A program made the translations under genes and the position numbers. A DNA stretch of 64,000 bases from Phormidesmidales cyanobacterium (lineage in GTDB: Bacteria; Cyanobacteriota; Cyanobacteriia; Phormidesmidales; Phormidesmidaceae), in assembly GCA_038256265.1 (NCBI GenBank), contig JBBSKN010000001.1, positions 49,533 to 113,532 on the forward strand. Reading direction: 5' to 3'. Under the pieces are notes generated by a model, which saw only the letters and a program-made list of their open reading frames with translations, was not told where the DNA came from and ran no database searches. Shown piece by piece: positions 40,501 through 49,888 of this stretch. Within the stretch, counting starts at the first letter, position 1. Each line of letters begins with the position of its first letter.

Positions 40501-41526
40501 CTAACGTCCCTTCATGGCCTGTTTCTTTTCTTTCTTGAGGTCGCGCTGGCCCACAGCGGCCATCTCCGCATCCATCAGGGTGCGGCCCGTGGCGGCCAGG
40601 TAGACATCATCAAGGCTGGGGCGCGACTGGGCAATGCCAAATACGGGCAGGTCGGCGGCTTTGAGGGCCTGCTGCACCGTCAGCAGCACGTCGGGCTGAC
40701 GGTCAACCACCAAGTTCAGCGAGTTGCCCTGGGCAGAGTTGACGATCACCTCGCGCACAAAGGGCAGCTCGGTCAGCATCGCCTGGGCCTGGTCGGCCTC
40801 GTCGTCGGAGGTAAATTCGCGAATGCGCAGGGTGATGCGATCGCCCCCAATCCGATCCTTCAGCTCGCTGGGGGTGCCCGAGGCGATCACCCGGCCTCGG
40901 TCGATAATGGCGACGCGATCAGCCAGGGCGTCTACTTCTTCTAGATAGTGGCTGGTAATCAGCACCGTGGTGCCCGCCGCCCGCAGCTGCCGCAGAAAAC
41001 CCCACACCGCCGATCGCGTCTCAATATCCAAACCCACCGTGGGTTCATCTAGCACCAAAATCTCGGGCTGGTGCAGCAGCCCCAGGGCCAGGTCTAGCCG
41101 TTTCTTGAGGCCGCCGGAGTAGGTGCCCGTCTTTTGGTCGGCCCATTCCCCCAGTTCTAGCAGGGCGATCATTTGGTCAATGCGGCGACCCGAGATGCCC
41201 TTGGGCATGTGGTAGATGTCGGCCTGAAGCTGCAACAGCTCGCGCCCGGTGAGCACCTTGTCGATCGCCACCTCTTGGGCAATGTAGCCGAGGTATTGGC
41301 GCACTAACCGGGGCTGCTCTAGCACCGAAACCCCCATCACCTCTAGAGTGCCGCTGTCGGGGGTGGCCAAGGTGCAGAGGCAGCGAATGGTGGTGGTTTT
41401 ACCCGCTCCGTTTGGCCCCAGCAGGCCAAAAATTTCGCCCGGTTCGATGGTGAGCGACACATCCTGCACCGCCGTCACCGCCCCGTAGGACTTTTTCAGG
41501 TTTTTAATCGATACCGCTGCGCCCAT
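40501..41526 (-). CDS. ABC exporter ATP-binding protein (DrrA-like)
   Basis: GPNGAGKTT, YSGGLKKR, LDEPTVGLD, TSHY. Confidence 0.94.
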   Translation of the reverse strand: MGAAVSIKNLKKSYGAVTAVQDVSLTIEPGEIFGLLGPNGAGKTTTIRCLCTLATPDSGTLEVMGVSVLEQPRLVRQYLGYIAQEVAIDKVLTGRELLQLQADIYHMPKGISGRRIDQMIALLELGEWADQKTGTYSGGLKKRLDLALGLLHQPEILVLDEPTVGLDIETRSAVWGFLRQLRAAGTTVLITSHYLEEVDALADRVAIIDRGRVIASGTPSELKDRIGGDRITLRIREFTSDDEADQAQAMLTELPFVREVIVNSAQGNSLNLVVDRQPDVLLTVQQALKAADLPVFGIAQSRPSLDDVYLAATGRTLMDAEMAAVGQRDLKKEKKQAMKGR

Positions 41527-41678
41527 CTGTAGAGCTAACCCTAAAGCGTGTTGGTTCTTACCCTGTCATTCTACAGAACTCCACCGGACGCGGGGAGGGC
41601 GAGCCAGGGCAAAGAGGCCGTGATTATCTGTACAGTGGCGCATTGCCAATTTGACCAGCCCGGCCCCAGCCCCTGCCC

Positions 41679-42641
41679 CTACCCCAACGCCAGTGACGTT
41701 AGCAGATCCGGGTCTTGGAACAGCGGCGTACTCAGGTAGCGCTCGCCAAAGCTGGGCTGAATAATCACAATCAGCTTGCCCTCGTTCTCGGGGCGACGGC
41801 CCACATCCACCGCCGCCTTCACAGCGGCCCCGGTGGAAATACCCGAGAGCAGGCCCTCATCGCGGGCAAGGCGGCGACCGTAGGCGATCGCATCGTCGTC
41901 GGTCACCTGCACCACCTCATCGATCAGGCTGACATCGAGCACCTCGGGCACAAACCCCGCCCCAATGCCCTGGATCTTGTGGGAGCCGGGGCGGCCCCCC
42001 GAGAGTACCGGGCTGTTGACCGGCTCGACGGCAATGGCTTTGAACCCTGGCTTGCGCTGCTTGAGCACGTCGGCCACGCCGGTAATGGTGCCGCCCGTGC
42101 CCACCCCGGCCACTAGTATATCGACCTGGCCATCGGTGTCGGCCCAGATCTCTTCGGCGGTGGTGCGACGGTGTATATCGGGGTTAGCCGGGTTGCGAAA
42201 CTGCTGGAGCATGTAGGCATCGGGCAGGGCATCAAGAATGTCTTGGGCGCGCTGAATGCATCCCGACATGCCCGCCGACCCCGGCGTTAGCTCTAGCTCG
42301 GCCCCGTAGGCCCGAAGCATGGCCCGCCGTTCTGAGCTCATAGTTTCGGGCATGGTGAGAATCAGGCGATAGCCCTTGGCCGCCGCCGCCATCGCTAGGG
42401 CAATGCCGGTATTGCCCGAGGTGGGCTCGACCAGGGTGGTTTTGCCGGGGGTGATTAGCCCCTCGGCCTCGGCGGCTTCGATCATGTTGATGCCGATGCG
42501 GTCTTTGACCGAGGCGGAGGGGTTCATCCCCTCGAGCTTGATCACCAGCCGGGCCAGGCAACCCGCCTCCTGGGGAATGCGGTTGAGCTGCACCAGGGGG
42601 GTACGACCAATAAGCTGGGTCACGTTTTCGGCAATTCGCAT
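41679..42641 (-). CDS. cysK: Cysteine synthase A
   Basis: [47 protein letters not shown]. Confidence 0.97.
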   Translation of the reverse strand: MRIAENVTQLIGRTPLVQLNRIPQEAGCLARLVIKLEGMNPSASVKDRIGINMIEAAEAEGLITPGKTTLVEPTSGNTGIALAMAAAAKGYRLILTMPETMSSERRAMLRAYGAELELTPGSAGMSGCIQRAQDILDALPDAYMLQQFRNPANPDIHRRTTAEEIWADTDGQVDILVAGVGTGGTITGVADVLKQRKPGFKAIAVEPVNSPVLSGGRPGSHKIQGIGAGFVPEVLDVSLIDEVVQVTDDDAIAYGRRLARDEGLLSGISTGAAVKAAVDVGRRPENEGKLIVIIQPSFGERYLSTPLFQDPDLLTSLALG

Positions 42642-42650
42642 GGGCCTGAC

Positions 42651-43085
42651 CTAGATGTAATACATAATGTCGACTTGCTGCTGGACGTTCCGCCGCTCTA
42701 CCAGGTCTTGCAGGGTGCATTTTTGCAGCACAGTTTCGGCCGCCTGGCGGGCCTCACCCCATACCGCTTGAATGACCAGCGTCTCTGGAGTGGGAGACGA
42801 TTGAGCCGGGTCGGCCTGAGCCTCAAACCCTTCAATGCAGCTCACCACATCATAGAGGGTAATCTTCCACGGGTCACGGGCCAGCAAATAGCCGCCCCGA
42901 GCGCCCCGCAGGCTTTTGACTAGGCCCGCCCGACGCAGGGTAGCCAGCAGCTGCTCAAGGTAGCGATCAGGAATATTTTGCTGACTGGCAATCTGCCGAA
43001 TTTGCAGCGGCTCGCCGCTGGCAAAGTGGGGGCTAAGCTCCAGCAGAGCCAGCAGAGCATATTCACTTTTAGCAGACAAATCCAC
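42651..43085 (-). CDS. Rrf2 family regulator (CymR-like) upstream of cysK
   Basis: KSEYALLAL...IPDRYLEQL...SLRGARGGYLL; probable GTG start 43085. Confidence 0.92.
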   Translation of the reverse strand: MDLSAKSEYALLALLELSPHFASGEPLQIRQIASQQNIPDRYLEQLLATLRRAGLVKSLRGARGGYLLARDPWKITLYDVVSCIEGFEAQADPAQSSPTPETLVIQAVWGEARQAAETVLQKCTLQDLVERRNVQQQVDIMYYI

Positions 43086-43116
43086 GGGGCAGGGAAGGTA
43101 AAGAGCGATACGTTTT

Positions 43117-43144
43117 ATTATACTCCGGTTCTCCACTGGGGTTT
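43117..43144 (-). promoter_or_regulatory. -10 box overlapping a 10-5-10 Rrf2-type operator
   Basis: TATAAT on the minus strand (43117-22); ATACTCCGGT-N5-ACTGGGGTTT imperfect dyad (43120-44). Confidence 0.5.
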
Positions 43145-43384
43145 GCAGGATTGCGCGATCGCAAAAAAATGTCATCTGGCTGTTCTGTATTGGGCTTCAC
43201 CAAACGTCACTGCGCTTCGAGGTAGTGTTCTGGAATGCGAATAATGTTTGGGGATACATAAGAATAGCGATCGCGTTTACTCCGTAGGCATTAGCCTTTG
43301 GCCAGTCGTTGACTATCGCTTCGACTCAACATTTACAGTCACGTTTTTAGCGTCGCAGACAAACTTCTGGCAGGCCCCTGTCCC

Positions 43385-43882
43385 ATGAGCCCACTGAACC
43401 TGGTTGTTGACCAACTCCTCGGCCCGGTGGCCACGGCCCAGAGAGTTTTGGCCGCTGACCCGGTGCCCCTCGAAGGGTTGGCCGACTTTTTCGAAATCCT
43501 TTAGTTCTTAGTTCGTGAGCCCGCCGTGGTGGGCAGCGAAGACTCATTTTTTCGGGTGCTGCGCCGCGAGCTAGACGAAGTGGGTGCTAAGGTCAGCTAC
43601 TACCATGGGGTACTGGTGGCCTAGGGCCGCCGCCCTCACGACCTGATACTGTCGGCCCATATTGATCGCCATGGGCTGCTGTGCACTGGCCCCAACGAGA
43701 CCCTCCCCAAGCCCTATTCCCTCGGGCGTACCGAGATGGGCGGCCTCACCGCCGCCACCAACGGAGCGGTAACGGGCACCACGCTGCAAATTCCTACCAC
43801 CGAATACTACGCCGCCACCGAGACAGCATCGTTGGCTTCGGTGGCGGCGGTAAGGCGGCTCTTGCAAACCTATTTAGACTAG
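43385..43882 (+). pseudogene. M42-family-like peptidase pseudogene (two TAG stops, large internal deletion)
   Basis: FFEIL*FLVREPAVVGSEDSFFRVLRREL...VLVA*G...SAHIDRHGL..TGPNE joined to C-terminal GTTLQIPTTEY; stops at 43502 and 43622. Confidence 0.7.
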
Positions 43883-43951
43883 GCGACAAAACCGCTGAGT
43901 TGTGAGATGGGCCTCAGCCCTAGGCACTGTCTAGAAAATAGTTTCCTCAAT

Positions 43952-43972
43952 GATGGGCAGTGCCCACCCTAC
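43952..43972 (-). repeat. GTAG-type REP-like palindrome
   Basis: Reverse complement GTAGGGTGGGCACTGCCCATC. Confidence 0.75.
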
Positions 43973-43980
43973 AGCAGGTA

Positions 43981-44023
43981 GAACCTGAAACCTAGCACCT
44001 AAAACCCAGCGCCTAAAGACCTA
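43981..44023 (+). repeat. Heptamer tandem repeats (single arm)
   Basis: GAACCTG AAACCTA GCACCTA AAACCCA GCGCCTA. Confidence 0.6.
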
Positions 44024-44584
44024 TCGCATATCGCTATCAGTAGCAGTGGAGCCGTGCTCAAGCCGATGCCAGGCATCTTGGCTGGCGGGGCGAGCTTTAT
44101 CCCAGCCCAGGCGGCTAGAGCCATACTCTTGCTCATAGCGAGTTCTCAGATGGGGTTCTGCATCTTGATAAGTCAGCCCATCTTTGGCGTAGGTCGAGTA
44201 GCCTTCATAGCCGGTGCGATAGGCAGGGCTGTAGTCTTCGTAGGTGTGATCAGGCTCGACGTAGGGACGAGTGGCATAGCTGTGGCGCCAGTATTCATCT
44301 TCCACACTGGGGTCGATGGTTTCTGACACGCCCTTGCCGAGCAGACCACCGGCTACAGAGCCAATCACAGCGCCAACCGCGCCGCCTATGGGGCCGCCTA
44401 CTGCAACACCCACGGCAGTGCCGATCGTGCCTGCGCCTGCTGCACCAATACCGGTACCTACGGGGTGAGCGCCCTCCTCTCCAGTAATCGGGTCAGGATT
44501 GCTGTCGGGATTGGGTTCGTGCTCAACATTGGGATCACGACCATCGGGATAGCGATCGCGGTCAATTCTTTCGTTAGGGTTCAT
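44021..44584 (-). CDS. Glycine-zipper stress-protein-like hypothetical protein
   Basis: HPVGTGIGAAGAG...GGPIGGAVGAVIG; EDEYWR..Y..RPY; WDKARPASQDAW. Confidence 0.8.
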   Translation of the reverse strand: MNPNERIDRDRYPDGRDPNVEHEPNPDSNPDPITGEEGAHPVGTGIGAAGAGTIGTAVGVAVGGPIGGAVGAVIGSVAGGLLGKGVSETIDPSVEDEYWRHSYATRPYVEPDHTYEDYSPAYRTGYEGYSTYAKDGLTYQDAEPHLRTRYEQEYGSSRLGWDKARPASQDAWHRLEHGSTATDSDMR

Positions 44585-44903
44585 GTTGATGGCTCTCTAT
44601 GCTTAAAAACCTTGGCTCAACAAAGCTATCTGTGACAGCTAACCCTGCTGAACTCTATACAACCAACAATAGGCACTGGCTGTTTAGACGGCATCGACTA
44701 TGGGAGTGAGATTTCACAGCCAATGGAGAGAGATAAGCGGAGGAACGTAATGTTTGATACGCACCATGTTGCCTTTTTGCTGGGCAGCCTGCTGGGGGCA
44801 AAGTTTGCCGTGGCAATGCCAGAGCACGGACTGTCACCGGCCGGCAATGGTATATCACGGCTCTGCGATGGGCGATCACGGTCTGCAATGTCATATCCAG
44901 CCG

Positions 44904-45782
44904 CTAGCTTGGCAAGCCATTGCTATCAATACTGAGGGAAAGCTGATAGATCGTCTTTTTGGGTTGGCCGGTCGTTTTAGCCAGCTGGCGACTGGCATCG
45001 GCCCGCGACATACCCTGGCGCAGCAGCTGTTCTAGCTCTGCCCGAAGGGCTTCAGGTGACAGCACGGGCGCAACTGGGGTCGCGCCTTGAATAACAACAG
45101 TGAATTCGCCCTTGGGTGCTTCGCTTTGGTAGTGCGATAGGGCATCACCCAGGGTACCGCGCCAAAATTCTTCAAATCGCTTGGTGAGTTCGCGGCCTAG
45201 AGTGACAGGGCGATCGCCCCCCAGCGCCACGACCACATCCTCTAGGGTTTTGATCAACTTGTGGGGCGCTTCGTAGAGCACCAGGGTGCGCTCTTCGCGG
45301 GCGATCGCCTCTAGCCGCGCAGTGCGCTCTTTGCCTTTGAGCGGCAAGAACCCCTCGAAGACAAAGCGATCACTTGGCAGCCCGGACACACAGAGCGCCG
45401 TCATTGCTGCCGTCGGCCCCGGAATCGGCACCACCGGAATTTGGGCCTCGACGCAGGCCGCCACCAGTTCGTAGCCAGGGTCGGAGATGCCCGGCATGCC
45501 CGCATCGCTGACCAATGCCACCGCATGCTGCCGCTCTTGTAGGTGGTGCAGCACCTCAGCTATGCGGCTGTGGCGGTTGTGCTCGTGGTAGCTAATCTGG
45601 GGCGTAGTGATCTGAAAATGCGCCAGCAGCTTGCCCGTGTGGCGAGTGTCTTCGGCGGCGATTAGATCGACTGACTGTAACATTCGCACCGCCCGAAATG
45701 TCATATCTTCGAGGTTGCCCAGGGGGGTACCCACCAGGTAGAGGTGGCCGGGTTTGGGGTTAGAGTCGGGGGCCGGGGGCAT
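44904..45782 (-). CDS. rsmI: 16S rRNA (cytidine1402-2'-O)-methyltransferase
   Basis: TPLGNLEDMT, AAEDTRHT, SDAGMPGISDPG, YEAPH, RELTKRFEE. Confidence 0.96.
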   Translation of the reverse strand: MPPAPDSNPKPGHLYLVGTPLGNLEDMTFRAVRMLQSVDLIAAEDTRHTGKLLAHFQITTPQISYHEHNRHSRIAEVLHHLQERQHAVALVSDAGMPGISDPGYELVAACVEAQIPVVPIPGPTAAMTALCVSGLPSDRFVFEGFLPLKGKERTARLEAIAREERTLVLYEAPHKLIKTLEDVVVALGGDRPVTLGRELTKRFEEFWRGTLGDALSHYQSEAPKGEFTVVIQGATPVAPVLSPEALRAELEQLLRQGMSRADASRQLAKTTGQPKKTIYQLSLSIDSNGLPS

Positions 45783-45898
45783 GGGCTGCGGTTAAAAAAG
45801 ACAGAGCTGCTCAAAGGCTAGCGTACTTCCTCGGGGCGATCGCCCTGTATTCGACCTGGGCAATATAATTGCACTCCTCTAATTAAGCGAAGACGGTT

Positions 45899-45957
45899 AG
45901 CCCAAAACATAGAATTCCCTGGCAGTAGCACCGCCAGGGAATTCTATGTTTTGGGCT
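45899..45957. repeat. Perfect 25-bp inverted repeat with 9-nt loop
   Basis: AGCCCAAAACATAGAATTCCCTGGC-AGTAGCACC-GCCAGGGAATTCTATGTTTTGGGCT. Confidence 0.95.
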
Positions 45958-46112
45958 GCAACTAGACATGTTGCCGTAGAGGAAATCTCCTTAGACAAAC
46001 TGCTTAGACAAATCACCTTGAAAACAATTTGGAATCAGCAACACTTTGACTGGCTTACTTGAGAGCTTTCCTCAAGAGGGTTCCGATTAAATAGAGATGC
46101 TTCAATGCCGTC

Positions 46113-46511
46113 GTGAAGAAACCATCGCGTGGGGTTTATAGCGTCTCTGGGCATTTCTTGCAGAGCTCTCTATCAGTTACAGAGAGGAAATATCAACAAC
46201 CGAGTAAAGTGCTGCTGATCTTTGACGAGATAGATTCAGACGTTAAATCGATAACGTACCTCCTATTTAACAGGACTGAACTATTCGATCTGTTAGGGAA
46301 GAAACCACTGTTTGTATCCGGCGATTCACTTCCTTATCTATTAAGATACTCCTCTGGTTTGCGAATGCCCAGGGATGATACCAAAGTTTATGGTTTGGTT
46401 AATGGCTGCTCTCACAGCGGTGGAAAACAGGATTCTCTGGGGCTACAGATTTGGCAAGCACCCACAGCACAGCCCTGGACGCGGCTGGGGGACGGTCAGA
46501 CGCTACTATAA
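46113..46511 (+). pseudogene. Possible P-loop ATPase fragment in an AT-rich patch
   Basis: KVLLIFDEID Walker-B-like motif; no Walker A seen. Confidence 0.25.
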
Positions 46512-46567
46512 ATGAGCGGCCCCCTAGGGTTGGGTCGCCTATTGGTTAAGGGTAAGGAGCGATCGCA

Positions 46568-47155
46568 GTGGCGCAGATAGAACAGATCACCGGCACCGGC
46601 ATCCCGATCAAAGGGAACGATATCGACACCGATCGCATCATTCCGGCTCGGTTTCTTAAGTGCGTGACCTTTGACGGGCTGGGGGAGCAGGTGTTTGCCG
46701 ACGATCGCGCCGCTCTCAACGGCGATCACACCTTTGACCAGCCCCAGTACAAGAGCGCCAGCATTTTGGTGGTCAACCGTAACTTTGGCTGCGGGTCGTC
46801 TCGCGAACATGCCCCCCAGGCGATCGCCCGCTGGGGCATCAAGGCCGTGCTGGGCGAGAGCTTTGCCGAAATTTTCTTTGGCAACTGCGTGGCGATCGGT
46901 ATTCCTTGTCTGACGGCGACCTCGGAGGTGGTCAACCGCGCCCAAGATTTTCTTGAGGCCAACCCAACGGCGGCAGTCGTTCTCGATCTAGCCGCTCAGA
47001 CCGTAACCTTCGGCGGTCAATCGTTCGCCGTGACCATGCCTGAGGGTGTGCGTCAGGCCTTCTTAGCCGGCACCTGGGACGCCTGCGGTCAGCTGGTGGC
47101 CAATGCTGACACCATTCGCGGCACGGTGGCCCAACTGCCCTACGTTGCCTGGTAA
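46568..47155 (+). CDS. leuD: 3-isopropylmalate dehydratase small subunit
   Basis: [36 protein letters not shown]. Confidence 0.96.
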   Translation: MAQIEQITGTGIPIKGNDIDTDRIIPARFLKCVTFDGLGEQVFADDRAALNGDHTFDQPQYKSASILVVNRNFGCGSSREHAPQAIARWGIKAVLGESFAEIFFGNCVAIGIPCLTATSEVVNRAQDFLEANPTAAVVLDLAAQTVTFGGQSFAVTMPEGVRQAFLAGTWDACGQLVANADTIRGTVAQLPYVAW

Positions 47156-47309
47156 GCCAAATTCACCTAGCCAAAATGCAGCGGTGCCTTCTTCGTGCCT
47201 TCTTCGTAGATCATCGCTGCGCCCCATAGATTTGCAACGCCCTGTGGATTTTGCCGCTGAAATAGGCACTCTCTAGGGAGATCCCTCACTCCCTGCGCGG
47301 GCCGCTGCT

Positions 47310-48938
47310 ATGGTTTCATCCGCTGTGCGTTCTCTCACCCCCTGGTTGCCGTCTGCAACGACGGGCCTACCGAGCGCAACGGCCTCGCCCCTCAGTAATA
47401 CGGTGTGCCGCATGGCTTCCTTGGCGATTGCGCATCCGCCCCTGGAGCAGGTGCCGACGGTGGCGGCGGCTCTACAGCAGCTGGTGGGGCAGAGCATGGC
47501 GCTGCGATCGCCCACCGGCGGCTGGCCCGCCGACCTGCCCCAAACCCCAGAGCACCTAGCCCTCTACCTCAGCGAAGAAACGGGAGAACTGCTGGAGGTC
47601 CTAGCCGACCTGGGGCAGCCCCAGGCTCCCGCTCCTAGCACGCTCATGCCCTTGTCTGCCCTGGTGTCTCAGCTCCTGTGGATGCTGGCCAGCGGCGGAT
47701 ATGAAATCATGCGCCTGATCGAAGGGGTGCAGACGCGGGTCTATAGCACCAGCGCCCAGGGGGCGGTTCAGGTGGTGCGACTGGTGCCAGTGCTCGTGCT
47801 CACCCTAGACGAGGCTAGCTACGCCCTCGACCTAGTCACCCAAACTGACCCGGTGCCACCCCTCTACCTGCCCGAGACCGCCGAGCTTTGCCTGTTAGAA
47901 AATGACCTAGACAGCCAGTCCATACCCTGCGGCGCTTTGCTCAGGCGCATGGCTGAACTGGTGGCCTACACCCAGCCCAGGCTAACCGCCCTCCAGAGCG
48001 ACGGCTGCCCAATCGAAATTTTGCGGCCCTTCCAGCCCTGGCAGCCTGCCAGCCTGCACCTGCGCCTGCATCTGGCTGAGATGGAATCCCAGAGCCCGCC
48101 CCAGCCCTACTCGGAGGCCAGCGACACTGTACCCGATGCGCTCTATCTGCCGCCGGGGGGTAACCAGAGCGCCGTGGTGACGGCCTCAGGCTTTACTCTG
48201 GATGACTTTGCGAACACGTTGATCGAAGGCCCCGGTGACGCCACCGCCGGGGTCTTGGGCGACTGGCTCACCTTTACCGACGAAAGCTGGATTCAAGCCT
48301 TTCTGAGCACCTGCGCTCAGCAGGTGGTGGCCCGGCATCTGCCCCACATGGTGCCGGGCCAGCGCGACAGTGCGCCCGAGCCGCTGCTGCAGCGAGAAGA
48401 TCTGTGTAACCGGGTCACCTACGCCGCCACCGAACTGGTGCAGGGGGCCAACGGCCTGTTTCGCCACACCTTTGTACACGAGCCGGTGCTGGTGGCCGAT
48501 GTGTGGCCCCGGCTGCGCTGGTACCTGGCCCAAAGCTCAGAGCGGGTGATGCAGCTAATGGGCGGGATCTCAGCCCAGGTGTTGGCCCCCAGTCTGAGCT
48601 GGCAGCAGGGCAGCCTGTCTCTGCGACCGCTGATGCAGCTCACCACCGCCCAGCGCAGTTGGATCGTTGACCTCAGCCGGGGGCGACTCTTGCCCACCCG
48701 CCCTCAGGCCCTACCGCCCCAGGCCGTTGTAGAGATTGTCGACGCCCCCTGGGCGACCCCCCTCACCGTGGCCGATCTGACCTGGCTCATTGACCAAGAT
48801 CTAGCGACCTACAGTCCGGCGATCGCCGCCCTGGGCCAGGGCACCCCTATTCACCTGCACCGGCTCGACGCCGAGGCAGGCTGCCAGCCGGGGCAGCTCA
48901 CTCTAGACTGGTGCTTTACTCTCCAGACAACGCTATAA
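47310..48938 (+). CDS. Hypothetical protein with degenerate MazG-like N-terminus and KGK-like repeats
   Basis: LRSPTGGWPADLPQTPEHLALYLSEETGELL; repeats DGCPIEILRPFQPWQPASL and GISAQVLAPSLSWQQGSL; start may be ATG 47412. Confidence 0.7.
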   Translation: MVSSAVRSLTPWLPSATTGLPSATASPLSNTVCRMASLAIAHPPLEQVPTVAAALQQLVGQSMALRSPTGGWPADLPQTPEHLALYLSEETGELLEVLADLGQPQAPAPSTLMPLSALVSQLLWMLASGGYEIMRLIEGVQTRVYSTSAQGAVQVVRLVPVLVLTLDEASYALDLVTQTDPVPPLYLPETAELCLLENDLDSQSIPCGALLRRMAELVAYTQPRLTALQSDGCPIEILRPFQPWQPASLHLRLHLAEMESQSPPQPYSEASDTVPDALYLPPGGNQSAVVTASGFTLDDFANTLIEGPGDATAGVLGDWLTFTDESWIQAFLSTCAQQVVARHLPHMVPGQRDSAPEPLLQREDLCNRVTYAATELVQGANGLFRHTFVHEPVLVADVWPRLRWYLAQSSERVMQLMGGISAQVLAPSLSWQQGSLSLRPLMQLTTAQRSWIVDLSRGRLLPTRPQALPPQAVVEIVDAPWATPLTVADLTWLIDQDLATYSPAIAALGQGTPIHLHRLDAEAGCQPGQLTLDWCFTLQTTL

Positions 48939-48987
48939 ATCTAGGCAAATAGACTTTAGACTGCCAGGCTGAAGGTGGCCAGGGGGT

Positions 48988-49049
48988 GGGGTGTACGGTT
49001 TCAGGTTTCAGGTTTCAGGCAGACCGTATACCTTAAACCGTGTACCCTT
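48988..49049. repeat. Inverted heptamer (STRR-like) array
   Basis: ACGGTTT CAGGTTT CAGGTTT then CCGTATA CCTTAAA CCGTGTA. Confidence 0.75.
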
Positions 49050-49183
49050 CCCTGCCCCCTCTCACAGTCAGCTTGGTCAAGGACTAGGGCTCTGGCTCTG
49101 TTTCTTTGGCGCACAGCTACGCGACCAGGGCGAGATCGCCTAGAGTGAGATCGAACCACGGCGCATACAGGGCGTTTGATATC

Positions 49184-49876
49184 GTGTCTCCAGAGCTGAC
49201 TTTAGGGCCAATCTACCTCTACAGCATTTGCCCCCGACCTGCCCAACCCCTCGTGTTACCCCTGGGGCTGGCAGAGCCGACCCAGATCATTGCCGTAAAT
49301 AATGTCGCCGCCGTAGTTGAAACGGGCGTCGATTTGGCGGCCCTGCAAACCGATGAACCTCGCCTGCTCAACGCCGTGCTCAGCCACGATCGCGTCATCT
49401 GCGAATTGTTTCAGCACACGCCCCTGCTGCCTCTGCGTTTTGGCACCCAGATTGCCTCGATCAAGCACCTTAGAGAGCACCTGATTAGCCAGGAGGCAGA
49501 CTATACTGCCAAGCTCAAGATTTTGGCCCCTAAGGCTGAATATCAAGTCAAACTCATTGCCGCAGAGGTGGCAGCGCCCCCCCTGGCGGAGGGGTTGACC
49601 GGGCGCGAGTATTTTTTGGCCAAAAAACAGCGCCTTCAAGACCAAACCGCTGCCCAAGAGCAGCAGCAGGCCGAGCTAGCCCAGCTGTTGGATCGCCTTT
49701 ACAGCGACTACGGCGACAGCATCGAGAGCGAGGCGCCCGCCGGGGAAGCCCGCATCTACGTGCTAGTTGATCGAGACGACCATACGCTACCGCAGTGGAT
49801 AGAGGAGATGCGATCGCATTCCCCTCACTGGACCCTCATCCTCAGCGAGCCTCTCCCCCCGTACCACTTTGTCTAG
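49184..49876 (+). CDS. GvpL/GvpF family gas vesicle protein
   Basis: IYLYSI...AVLSHDRVI...LLPLRFGT...EY...GREYFL...PLPPYHF; probable GTG start 49184. Confidence 0.85.
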   Translation: MSPELTLGPIYLYSICPRPAQPLVLPLGLAEPTQIIAVNNVAAVVETGVDLAALQTDEPRLLNAVLSHDRVICELFQHTPLLPLRFGTQIASIKHLREHLISQEADYTAKLKILAPKAEYQVKLIAAEVAAPPLAEGLTGREYFLAKKQRLQDQTAAQEQQQAELAQLLDRLYSDYGDSIESEAPAGEARIYVLVDRDDHTLPQWIEEMRSHSPHWTLILSEPLPPYHFV

Positions 49877-49888
49877 CCCAATCACCCT

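Noticed and set aside
33230-43624. Amber (TAG) recoding explaining the in-frame stops in merR and the M42 gene
   Set aside because: TAG terminates many normal genes here (e.g. ycf52, mltA, cphB, cysK), and the M42 copy also has a large deletion.
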